Positions 38,108 through 50,479 of a stretch of DNA of 64,000 bases are shown piece by piece; the stretch's first letter is position 1; each line of letters starts with the position of its first letter. Position numbers and translations under genes: made by a program. Source of the stretch: Azolla caroliniana (taxonomy: Eukaryota; Plantae; Polypodiophyta); assembly GCA_043228905.1 (NCBI GenBank), contig JBHGNT010000005.1, positions 20,522,001 through 20,586,000 on the forward strand, given 5' to 3'. The notes beneath the pieces are model-generated. The model was not told the DNA's origin. It saw nothing but the letters and a program-made list of their open reading frames with translations, and made no database searches.

Positions 38108-41100
38108 TGTAACTATCTTGCTGTATTCTTTGCGCATAACTAACTACATGAACAAGGATACAACAACCTCATGGTTACTCTACTCTTGCTTGTTTCTCAT
38201 CAAGAAGATCCACACATGCTTCCTAGCAAGTCGACCAACCTCTCTCACAACAATCAATTAGACACATCTAGTGTTATCAATTGGTATTAGAGTGATCTTG
38301 GAGACAAGCAACATCAATATAAGAAGAGGAAATTTTTTTTAAAGGAAAGGACCGGGCTGACCAATATTGCCATAAGAACAATGGCTTCAACATCCAACAC
38401 AGGCTGTGAAATCAGAAAGTTCGACGGCAAAAACATTGCCCTATGGAAGGAAATGACACGGGACGTGCTGATCATCAGACACCAGATAGAGGCGATTCAG
38501 CACAACAACAAGACGATAATGATGGAAACTGAAGAATGGCAATCACTCGACAAAATTGCGAGGTCGACCATTAGAATGCATCTAGCCGAAAACGTCTACT
38601 TCAACATGGTCAAAGAGACGACTGCATTCACCCTATGGGAGAAGCTAAATTCTGTATATGAAAAGAAGTCGAGGTCTTCAAAAATCATCCTAATTTGGCA
38701 ATTGTTCAATATGAAGATGCGGGAGATAGAGCCGACTACCTCCCATATCAACACATTCAATCGGGCGTTGACCAAACTCACCCCACAAGGCTTGAATTTC
38801 GAAGAAGAAATCAAGGCGCTTGCACTTCTTTCGAGCCTCCCAATGAGTTGGGAAGTGTTCTACACCACCGTCACCAACAACTCGACGAAGCTAGCACTTG
38901 ATGAAGCAATTGGGGCGGTGTTGTCTGAAGAGCTTCAAAGAAAATCGATGGGACTCACCGTCAATGACAGTGCCGAAACATGCTTCTTCAGGGGAATGAC
39001 TCAAAGGATCGGCCAAGATTAGAGGAAGCCAAGAAGGAGAAACAACCGACCGTGATCGAAGTCAAGAAGTGGAATGTCGAACACCTACTTCACACATTGT
39101 AGAAAGACTGGCCACAATGTTTCCGATTGTTGGTCATTGAACAAAAAGGGTAGAAGCAGAAGGATTGAGTGGAACGTAGGCTCTTCTGACTCGAACTAGT
39201 CATTAGATGGCAACCGAATTCATGTTGCCGAATCCCAGTTGGGAGAATTCCTCTCATTAGAAGGCTCGTTGATTGACGAAATCTTGTACAATGCACAAGA
39301 TGTACAGATGTGGTTGCTCGATTCGGGCGCCATCTTTCATGTGAACCCCCATAGAGAATGGTTCTTGGACTATTGACCTATGTCGGCTTAGTTCGACTCG
39401 GCAATGGGTATGAGTGTCAAATCGTTAGAATAGGCGAACTACCCATTCGACCACTAAATGGAAATATTATCACCGCGCACCAAGTCTAGCACGTACCCAA
39501 CCTAAAGAGGAGCCTTATCTCCATCGGCATTTTGGCTGAAGATGGGTACAAGATGACATTGAGTGAGTCTTCATGACAAATTTCAAAAGGAAATATGCAC
39601 GTCAACCATGGTGTGAAGTACAATAATGTGCAACCACTTATAGTGATCAGTCGAGGGGATCCCTCAATGTAACCAAAATGCTGACCTCGTCACTGTGGCA
39701 CGACCGACTCGGTCATATGTCACAAACTGGGATGGAAAGACTTTCAGCACTTCACTACATCCCGAAGCTTAGACATGAAGAGTCTGACTTCTGTGAGCAT
39801 TGTCAATACGGGAAGCAAACCCAAAGCTCTCACTCAACTCACTACAAGACGATACGACAACCCCTAGAACTAATACATAGAGATATTTGTGGGCCGATGC
39901 CCGAGAGATTTCTAGGTAGTGCACGGTACATTATCACATTCATGGATGATTGTACACGCAAGGTCTGGGCGTACTCAATTAAGTCCAATGATGAAGCACT
40001 CGAGACGTTCAATCGGTGGATAACCGAAGTCGAACACTGATCCGACCATAAAGTGAAGAACTTATGGTTAGACAACGGAGGAGAATACACCTCTAGAGCC
40101 TTCAAGAAGTACCTGTTTGAAAGAGGGATCTGTCATCAATGAACCGTTCCTTACACCCTGGTGCAGAATGGTGTAGCCAAATGGATGAACTGGACAATCC
40201 AAGAAAGAGTGATGGCAATGCTCCAGAATGGGAAACAATATACTTTTCATTTATCCCAAGAAAAGTACATTGAAAAAGTGTTGGACAAATTTAATGTGGT
40301 TGATGCTAAGCCTATTGGATTGCCATTGCAGCCACATGTTAGGCTTTCTAAGGATGATTGTCGCAAAGATGATGATGTTATCAATTACATGAAAAATGTT
40401 CCATATGCATCAGCTTGTGGTTCACTTATGTATGCTATGGTTGCCACTCGATCAGACATTGCTCATGCAGTCGAAGTTGTTGCAAGTTCATGGCTAATCC
40501 CGGTAGAGCTCATTGGGAGGCAATCAAATCTATATTGAGATATTTGAAATTGACCAAAGGTAAATGCATCTATTTTGGAAAGGGTCAATTAGAGTTAAAA
40601 GGATTTTGTGATTTAGACATGGCAGGTGATATGGATACATGCAAGTCCACAAATGGCTATGCATACATCCTTGCAAGTGGAGCTATTTCATGTTGCTCTA
40701 GATTTCAAAGGATAGTTGCACTATATACTACAGAGGCTGAATATATTTCAGCCACAGAGGCGTCCACATAAACCATTTGGTTAGCTAGCTTGTGTAGTGA
40801 GTTTGGGATGCCTAAAAAGGCTTCTATTCTTGGGTGTGATAGCCAGAGTGCCATATGTTTGGCAAAGAATGCAATGTTTCATGCTCGCACAAAGCATATT
40901 GATGTGAGATACTACTTCATCAGAGAAATGCTAGAGGATGGTTGATTCACTTTGATCAAGGTCAATACTTGACATACTCTGACAAAGTGTCTACCCAAGG
41001 CACAACATCAACTATGTATAGAGATGGTGGGAGTTACTTAGCTTAAAGGAGCCTCCTTGGTCCTTTAAGTGGGAGGTTGTTGGGGATGAAGGCTCCAAGG

Positions 41101-41657
41101 ACTCTCCTTTTTGTATATTTTGACCCTTCCATGTGAAAGCCCCTTTCAAGAACTTTCTAGACACATCTTTACTATATTTTTGGCCCGAATTTCGGGGGTT
41201 ATAGGCATTTACATTATCTTTATAACTTTTTGCCATTGGCCATGCGAGAAAATGTCCAAATGACCTAAAAGTTACTTATCAATAAGAATTGGTCCCAAAT
41301 ATCACATAATGAGAAAGGGACCTTATTGGCTACCATTTCCTCTCCATTTTTTGCATAGTTTTCTCTATTTTCTCTCCCCACACAACAACCCACTCCCTTA
41401 GTGTTTTGGATCTAACCACGCTACCACCATCATCTCTCTTTCACCTCTGAGTTTATTAGCTCAATCACACTCTCGCTCTAGCTTCCTTCTTTCGAAAAGG
41501 GATTTCTATCTTGCTTGCCCAAACCTAAGGTTCTTCAACCTCGATAGTTTGCTCACAACATTCTCTTGTAATGTTATGTTGAAAGTCAATGTGCTGATGT
41601 GGCCTATTTGTTTGTATCACAACTTTATGGTTGTCAATGTGCCATTTTGTGCGAACA
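38108..41657 (+). mobile_element. Decayed, probably chimeric Copia element (gag-PR-IN / RT end-RH)
   Basis: Short LTR-like 38108-38279 with PBS at 38282; gag 38381-39022; WLLDSGA; LWHDRLGH; IN to ~40228 fused to the RT end; RH TTEAEY...HIDVRY; PPT 41067-41077; different LTR from 41078 (right end ~41657 uncertain). Confidence 0.75.
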
Positions 41658-43130
41658 TTACACTCAATATCTGCTTAGCCTATTATCATTGTTGATGTTG
41701 AGTTCATGTTGCACCTCTTGAAATTGTTTTACTTGGGTAAGGGTTAGCGTGAGAATACACAAACACACATGAGAGAGTATGCACAATGAGCTACAATATT
41801 TAGAAATACGGATTGGCTTTATATAGCTTTGATCACAAAAATGTGGCTAGCCGTATATACTTTTCACATGAGATTCCCTATCTAGGGTGTGTTCACATAC
41901 TAGTGTAAGTTTATATTTCTAACAATCCTCCTTAAGCCTAGGTCCTACAATGTAGGATTACAAAATGTCCAACATGGATTGTGTGGTTATGTGGTCTTAA
42001 AAAATCCCCGTTATGGACTAAGTATTGTGCTCTATTGCTATCTTGCCAACTCACCAAGTAGCTTGCCCTTGCTAGTTATTGTTTAGCCTACTCCGATAAC
42101 TATTCATCTGCTATTGCTAACCGTTGTACTCCAATTCCTCTTCTAAACTCCTCTTGCTCCACTCCTAGAGCCTTTGTAAACACATTCACAATTTGTTGTC
42201 TTGTGTTTACTTGGAAAATATTAATGTCATTAGAAAGAAGTCATTCTCTAATGAAGTGATAATGTATTTCAATGTGCTTGTGCACACATGAAACACAGGG
42301 TCCTTAGCGAGCTAAATATTGCTCATGTTGTTGCACTATATCATTCCTGTGCTTGGCGCTTTGATCCCTAGATCAAGTAGAAGACACGTCATCCCCATAG
42401 AAACTTATTGTCGCCCCTTTGTAATCTACTTCTATGTTGGAGAGTGTAACCATTGGTTGCTTCTCGTTGCTCCACGTTACTGCTTCGCTACCTAGTGATA
42501 ACATGTATCCACTCATAGATCTTCTATCTACTAGGCTTTCCACCCAATTAGCATTTGTGTACCCGACCACCCCAACTAGCGGTAATGCATTGTATCAAAC
42601 TCCATAGTCCGTGCGAACTCAACATGTCCCAGGATCCTCTTGACATAATCCAAATGGGGTTGTTGAGCGTTTTGCATGAATTGACTCACCATTGCACAAC
42701 CCAAATATTGATGAGTGATCATGAGGTAGATCAATCCGCCCAAAATCTTCCTATACATGATTGAGTCCTCCAATATTGGTCCAACATCCGCTAGGATCTT
42801 CGTGTTCTGATCTAGAGGGGTGGATATCCCTTTGCAATCCACCAAGCCAAAATTCTTCAGCAACTTCATGGCATATTGATATTGTGAGAGCCATACCCCA
42901 TCAACCAAATGCATGATCTCAATCCTTAGAAAGTAATACAACTCTTGTAGATCCTTGATCTTGAACTTTTCTTCAAGAATGTTCTTCACTTCCTCAATAT
43001 GCTATGTTATATCTCCTCCTATTATGAGATCATCGACGTATATTACGATGAAGATGATGTTGTCCATGTGCTTAAGGACTTACAACGAGTAATGAGATAT
43101 CAACATTTGAAAACCAATCCGCTCCGAGGT
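41658..43130 (-). mobile_element. Copia 3' remnant (RT end, RNase H, PPT, part of 3' LTR starting at 41924)
   Basis: YVDDLII-like, YRKILGGLIYL, DRRSMSGY, KHIEIHYHFIRE; PPT cttaaggaggat, then TGTTAG. Confidence 0.75.
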
Positions 43131-46100
43131 TGGCTATGGACAACATGACAAAGGAGGACAACAAACACATTGTCATGATGTGGCATGCCCGAAGGTAGAA
43201 AAGTGGAAAAGGGAAGGTCTACTCACATCATAGAAATATATGAATTGTAAATAAGTGGAGAGTGTAAGTGATCTTGTGGAGCAGAAGGAACTCTATGTGT
43301 GTGTCTTGGTTGTTTGGCTCGGTGTCATGGACATGACAATAGTCATGTCATGCTTCAAACTCTTGACCTATTGTATTTAATCAATATGTTTTAACCAATA
43401 CATCCAATACATAATCATGTTACCTTACTAGATTATTGTAGATTATCTATTCTACCTACATGTAGGATTTTAGAAGCTTCCAGAAAGCTCCAGAAGCTAG
43501 AACATTCTAGAAGATTTTGCATGAAAATGAGTCTTTGGATGGGGCTACATTTAGAGCCCATAAACATGTATAAATACAGGGGTTCACCTTGGCCTTAGTC
43601 AAGGTGAACAACACCAGTTACAGAATCATAATTCAGTTCTTGTTCTCTTGAGTACTTTCTCTCTCTCTTTCTTATTATCTTGTCTATGATCTCTCTCTCA
43701 CTCTCTTAGTATTGAGCCTCGTCTACTTGTCTATGACAGTTTGTTCACCTTCAGTCTCGAAAGCCTCATCATGCCAGACTCTACCGAGAACATAAATCAA
43801 CTATTGGTAGCCATGCATCAATTTCAACTTGAAAATGAAAATCTTCGGGAATCTCTCCAGAAACTCCAAGCTAGGACTCCAATGGAATTGGAGAATGAAG
43901 AACCCAAGTGCCCTCCTACATCAAGGAATCTCCAATCTGTAGAGCTTGGCTCCTCGTCAATCCTCGCTCCAATTCCTCTTCACCCCACTTCAACTAAAAA
44001 ACCCAATGTTAGTTTACCCGACAAGTTCGATGGCACAAGGGCGCGATTCCGAGGGTTCATAAATCAGATTGTGAATGATTTTTGCCGAGTTGGCCTTGTT
44101 GGGACTCTCCTCTCGGGAGCTGCACAAAGCTGGTTTGCACCTTTGGTCAAAACATCATCGCCAGTTCTCGACAATTTTTTGCTTTCCTAGAAGAGTTCGA
44201 GGCAACATTTGGGGATACAAATCGAAGTCGAACAAGCCTTACCAAACTCTATTCATTACATCAAGGTAAGCGTCCAGTGTCTGTTGATGCATCCGAATTT
44301 AGACAATTGGCATGTGATGTTCAGTGGGATGACCAAGCCCTTTGCGACCATTTTCGTCGGGGCCTTCGAAGTGATGTTAAGAATCTACTACTAAACTTCC
44401 CGGAGCCGATTTCATTATCGCAAGCCATCAAGCAAGCAGTCAGTTGTGACAATTGCCTTTTTGAACTTCGACAAGAGGAATGAGCGACTTCTAAGTTGTC
44501 GCCCTTTCTCCACGTTAAACCTATCGTACAACCCCAAGTGACTACGAGATATTCTCCAACGACATCGTTCAATGATCCTATGCCGATGGAAATTGATTGA
44601 GCTCGAGCCCCACTCACCACAACCGAACGACACCATCGACGAACTAATGGGCTATGTCTATACTGCAGCGCCTCTACCCATCTAATTCATTTTTCCCCAC
44701 TCAAAAGCAATCTGCGACAAGTCTATCGGGACAATCCAACTAGTGGGTCCCAACATTCGGAAAACGACGATGTCCAACTACAGCAGGAGCCATGTGGTTG
44801 GACAACAAACATACATGCGGCTCCCAAAGTTGTACTAACGACTTTTCCTTCGAGGTAACTCTCAGTTTCCGGTCTATTTCAATCAAATCCTTAACGCTAC
44901 TCGATTCTGGGGCCACGACGTGTTTTATGGACGAAACGTTCGTTCGTAAACACAACTTTCCTGTTGTCCGGTTGTCCAAACCTATCCCAGTTGAAGCTAT
45001 CGATGGGTGAATGCTCTCCTCTGGCGCAATCACCAAAGCCATGGTCCCCCTCATTTTGCAGCTTGGGACCCATCAGGAGGCCTTATCATTTTACCTCATC
45101 ACTTCACCGCAGCATCCAATCATACTTGGGTTGTCTTGGTTGAAAGCGAATAACCCTCTTATAGATTGGCACAACCACTCACTTACTTTTCAACCGCAAA
45201 CTCACATGAAGGTTGGAGAGGCTTCCAATGTCGTCATGTCAGAATGGCCCAAATCATTTTCTGTTGGGCACTCCTCCATTCAACTCGAACCGATGCACTC
45301 GGATGCTCATGCCCCAGTCACAATGCACTCCATCTCAATGGGCAATGACTCAGAGTTAAGTACCCTAGTTTTGGTTCCTATGAAAGCCAAATTGGACTTG
45401 CTTCCATCCAAATATGGTGACTTTGCTGATGTGTTCGAGAAGAAGAATGTAGATCACTAACCGGAGCATCAACCATATGATTATCCGATCAATCTATAGG
45501 AGGGCACATCTTCACCCTTTGGGCCCATCTATGGTCTCTCTAAACCAAAACTAGAGGCTCTTTGCACATATCTCGATGAAAATTTGGAAAAGGGCTTCAT
45601 CCAACTGTCTAAGTCACCAGTTGGGGCCCCCATCTTGTTTGTGAAGAAAAAGGATGGATCATTGCATCTGTGTGTGGATTACCGTGGCCTCAATAAAATC
45701 ACGATACGTAATCGATACCCTTTACCTCTCATCCCAAAGCTCCTCGATCAACTTCGTTGTGCACAGGTCTTCCCCAAGATTGACTTGCGGGGGAGCATAC
45801 AACTTGGTTCGGATTAAACTTGGCGATGAATGGAAGACGACATTTCGTACGCGATATAGACACTTCGAGTACAAGGTAATGCCTTTTGGACTCACCAATG
45901 CTCCAGTTGTTTTTCAACATATGATGAACGACATATTTCGAGAATATCTCGATCACTTTGTCGTTATTTACCTTGATGATATTCTTGTCTTCTCGTTGAG
46001 CATTGAAGAGCATACTCACCATGTTCGATTGATTCTCTCGAAACTCAGGGAGCATGGCCTTGATGCCAAGAGAGAAAAATGCGAGTTTGATTGCAATTCC

Positions 46101-49100
46101 ATAGAATTTCTTGGTTATGTTATCTCCCCCTAGGGCATCATCATGGATCGGAGAAAAATGAGGACAATTCAAGAATGGGCCACTCCAAAACGAGTAAAGG
46201 ATGTCTAGTCATTCCTTGGTTTCGCAAATTTCTATCGGCGATTTATCAAGGGGTTCTCCATCATAGTCCAACCCTTGATTGAGCTTACTCGTAAAGGGAT
46301 GTCGTTTCAATGGACTCCATCTACTCAACACGCCTTCGACCTACTCAAGGAAGTTTTAACCTGGGCTCCAGTTGTCACGAGTAGAAGATATACACAAGAG
46401 AGTAGAAGATAACCAAAGGGATGAGTTGATTAATTGAAAGACTCCGTAACTGGTGTTGTTCACCTTGATTGTAATCTAGGTGAACACACATATTTATACA
46501 AGTTCTGAGATTAAATATCTCTAGAATATACCCAAGAAATATCTGTAGAATATACTCGTCTAGAATATACCATTGAACATTTCTAGAATATACTAAACAC
46601 TAGAATATTCTATATGCTAGACTATACAAGATTAACCATATACTTTACATATAACTTAAGGATTTCCAAATGGTTTATCTAATTGTACTAAGTATTGGGT
46701 GTGTTATAGGTCAGAGGTTCGAGTTTATGACATTATCCCCCTTCCCAAACCTGTCGCCGGTTTGTGGGGATATCAGAGATGAAAATCTTGAACCACCTCT
46801 GGGGCATTTTGTAAATTCTTCGCGGGTTCCCACGTGGCATCAGACAAGGGGTAACCTTTCCACAAGACGAGGTATTGCAGGTGTTGACGGTGCAAACGTG
46901 AGTCAAGTATTTGGTCGACCTCGCATTCCTCGCCGGTCGTCAATTGCACAGGTGGGGGGGGGGAGGGTTGGCGTTCTGGGAGTTGTGAAGCATAGTGGGG
47001 CTCAAGGAGGGAGACATGAAAAACATCATGAATCCGGAAATGGGATGGAAGGGCTAGCCGGAAGGCGATGGGATTGATGCGTTCAACTATATGAAATGGT
47101 CCCAACTTCTTGTAATCAAGTTTCTCACATGGACGGGTAGTAGAGATGTGTCGTCGTAACAACCAGACCATGTCGCCAACAACAAAGGGTGGAGTGCTAG
47201 ATCAATGGCGATCAATGTGCTTCTTGTATCGTTCACTAGAGAGACGAAGCTCCAAGGATAAGTCATGATGTAGCTCCTCTAAAACGCGGGCTCAACCTTC
47301 TGCCGAAGGATTCACAGAAGTGGTATGGAGGGAAATGTTGAAGTGAGGATGTAAACCATAGTTTGTAAAGAACGGAGTGACATCAGTCGATGCACGGACA
47401 GAATTATTGTAGGCGAATTCTGTGAGTGAAAGTAAGTTGACCCAATCATCTTGTTGGTAACTAACCAAGCACCGAAGATATTGCTCAAGGATTTGGTTGA
47501 CACGCTCCGTCTGACCGTCAGTCTGAGGGTGATAAGTGGAGGAAAACTTGATGGAGATGCCTAAAGTTTGCAGCAGGCGCTGCCAGAAGTGAGAGACAAA
47601 TTGGGGTCCGCGATTAGAGACGACATCGTTGGGGAGGCCATGCAAACGAACCACATGATTAAGGAGTAGATGTGTCATTCCTTCTCCGGAAATGGTTTTT
47701 GCGCATGGAGTGAAGTGATCCATCTTTGTAAACTGACCAACACTGAGTCATAGCTATTGCCCAAGGGTAGATCGCTTATGACATCCATAGAGATAAAGGC
47801 CCAGGCGCGACTAGGGCATGGAAGCGATTGGAGTAAGCCATATGGCCGATGATGAGCAACTTTGGAGTGAACGCAAACCTCACAAGTCTTAATGTATTCT
47901 TTGACCAACTTCCATGGTTGTGTCCACTAGTACCCTCGAGAGATTAGTTCGAGGGTTTTTGCAACTTTGAAGTGCCCTGCAAGGGGGTCATCGTGGCATT
48001 CCCGCAACACTCGGGTGCGACACGGGCCCTCCGGGACATATAAGAGATGATCGTGGAATAACAAACCATCTTGTATGGTGAAGTGGTTAAGGTCTGTCCT
48101 TCTCGGCGTCTTGGAGGGATTTTGTAGACTATCTCGAATCTTGTTGGCAAATCCATCAATCATGGATGCGTCAATGACCTATTAGAGTAATGAATCATCC
48201 TGCAACATACAAATGGCAAAAAGATGCAATTGGTCGGGTTTCAGAAAACAACGAGATTGTTGAGCATGAGCTGCATCCACAGGGCGGATGACAAATTCGG
48301 GTTGACGAGAACGAGCATTGGCCTTCCCATGTTGGCCACTAGGTCGAAATACGATCTCCAAATCATAGTCAGCGAGAAATGTCGACCAACGAACGTGCCT
48401 TTGATTCAAAGTACGAGTAGTGGAAAAATAAATTAAATTCTTATGATCAGTCACTACCTGGACATGGTGTTGTGCTCCGGCCAAATAGGGGCGCCATTCT
48501 TCAAAGGCGGCAATGATAGCAGCAAGCTCCTTGCCGTATATTGGATAATTGATTTCGGATGTCGTGAATTTACGGGAGTAGTACGCCACCGGGTGCATTA
48601 TGTTGGAGTCATCGGTCTGGGATAAAATGACACCAATGGCGAAGTCAAAGGCACCAATTTCGACCTGGAAAGGTCATGTGGGGTCAGCATGTAGAAGCAC
48701 GAGGGCAGTGGTGAATGTGTGTTTGAGAGAGTCGTACGCATTTTGTGCCGCCGAGGTCCATACAAAGGGAGTACCTTTGCGCATGAGGACAATAAGAGGA
48801 TGAGATAGAGTGGAAAACCCCTAGATGAAGCGACAATAAAAATTGGCAAAGCCAAGGAAGGATTGTACATCTTTAAGTCGAGTTGGAGTCACCCACTCAC
48901 GAATGACGAAAACCTTCTTCATATCCATCGTGATGCCATTGAGCGAGATGATGTAGCCCAAGAATTCAATCGAGGTACGGTTGAACTCGCATTTTTCACT
49001 TTTGGCATAAAGGTCGTGCTCCCGAAGTTTTGCAAGAACTAATTGGACTTGACAGGTGTGCTTCGCCATGTTTGGCGAAAAAATGAGAATATCATCCAGG

Positions 49101-49341
49101 TAGAAAACCACAAAATGATCGAGATATTCCCAAAATATATTGTTCATCATATCTTGAAAAACAACTGGGGAGTTAGTAAGGCCGAAAGGCATTACCTTAT
49201 ATTCAAAATGCCCATATCGTGTTTGGAAGGTGGTTTTCCATTCATCACTGGGCTTGATGCGGACCAAATTGTACGCGCCACGCAGATCAACTTTGGAGAA
49301 GACATGTGCTATGTGGAGCCGGTCGAGGAGTTCGGGGATAA

Positions 49342-49596
49342 AAAACCAGTGAAGAATTCGACATAAGAAAGTATGATCAATACAATTACTTTGTAATTGG
49401 TGGATTGCATTCGGTGGAGGCACGTCGGCAACTTGTGAGAGAACATCCAACGACTTTCTTCTTCAAGTATGCCAAGTGCAAAATTTACGTGGGCCTCACA
49501 ACTGAAGAGGCAAAGCTATTGGCATGGGACCACAATAATGATAATGACCATAGGCAGAAAATGTCATCGATTGAGCGTATAAGGTTCTTCCACCAC
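49342..49596 (+). pseudogene. Fragment of a ParB/Sulfiredoxin-like domain protein
   Basis: Open 85 codons: YFVIGGLHSVEARRQL...KIYVGLTTEEAKLLAWDHNNDNDHRQKMSSIERI. Motif spacing resembles ParB-N (G.H...A; LT.EEA..LA...N). Confidence 0.55.
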
Positions 49597-50378
49597 CTCC
49601 GCTTTTGCCATCGGAGATCGAGTATGGCTCTTACGTCGTCACATCAAGACAACTCGACCATGCGACAAATTGGATTAACGACGACTCGGTTCTTTTCATA
49701 TTATCGGCAAGATTAATGATGTCATGTTCCGCCTTGATCTTCCTCCGCACCTTCAAATACATCTGGTCTTCCATAGTTCTCTTCTCGAAGCTTATTAGGC
49801 CAACACTATTCTCGATCATGTTACACCACCACCGCCCTCGCTTGAGTTGGACACCATCCCGGAGTATGAAGTTGTTGTCGTCCTCAACTCCAAGTTTGTT
49901 CGCAACAAACTTTATTATTTGGTCGATTGGCTCGGCTATAGTCCGAGCGACCATACTTGGGAACCCGTCGAGCATGTCACCAATGCTCAGGATCTTCTTG
50001 CTGATTTCCACCGAAAGTATCCGGACAAACCCGGTCCACAATCAGCGCCGACTTGTGACACTCGTCGTCTTAAGTGGGGGACAGTGTCCTGATATGGCAA
50101 GACTCGAACCCATAACCTTATGTTATATCGATCGAGCTCTTGACCATTACATTATCTATTGTAATACGTAAAATATTATTTTCATTTAAGTTTTACTATA
50201 GAAAATTATTGTATATTCCAGATTTCTCTGGAACATTCTAGAAGCTTCAGGACTATTCCTGAGAACACTATAAAAAGAGGCACAAGGCATTATTTCAAAC
50301 CAAATTGGTTTAACGCCAGTCTTAAGCCTCATAGCTATTTTGTACTTACTCTTCACATAATATATCATCTGTTATCAT

Positions 50379-50417
<39 letters not shown>

Positions 50418-50479
50418 TACTAATAGTAATTCCCTTCTCTAGTACTAATTCTCTCTCTGTTTTAGTACTATTCCTGACA
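49590..50479 (+). mobile_element. Chromovirus F 3' end (IN C-terminus, chromodomain, PPT, 3' LTR 50085-50479) inserted in gag of D
   Basis: GDRVWLLRRHIKTTRP; EYEV..VLNS...YYLVDWLGYSPSDHTWEP; PPT aagtgggggacag; TGTC...GACA. Confidence 0.85.
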
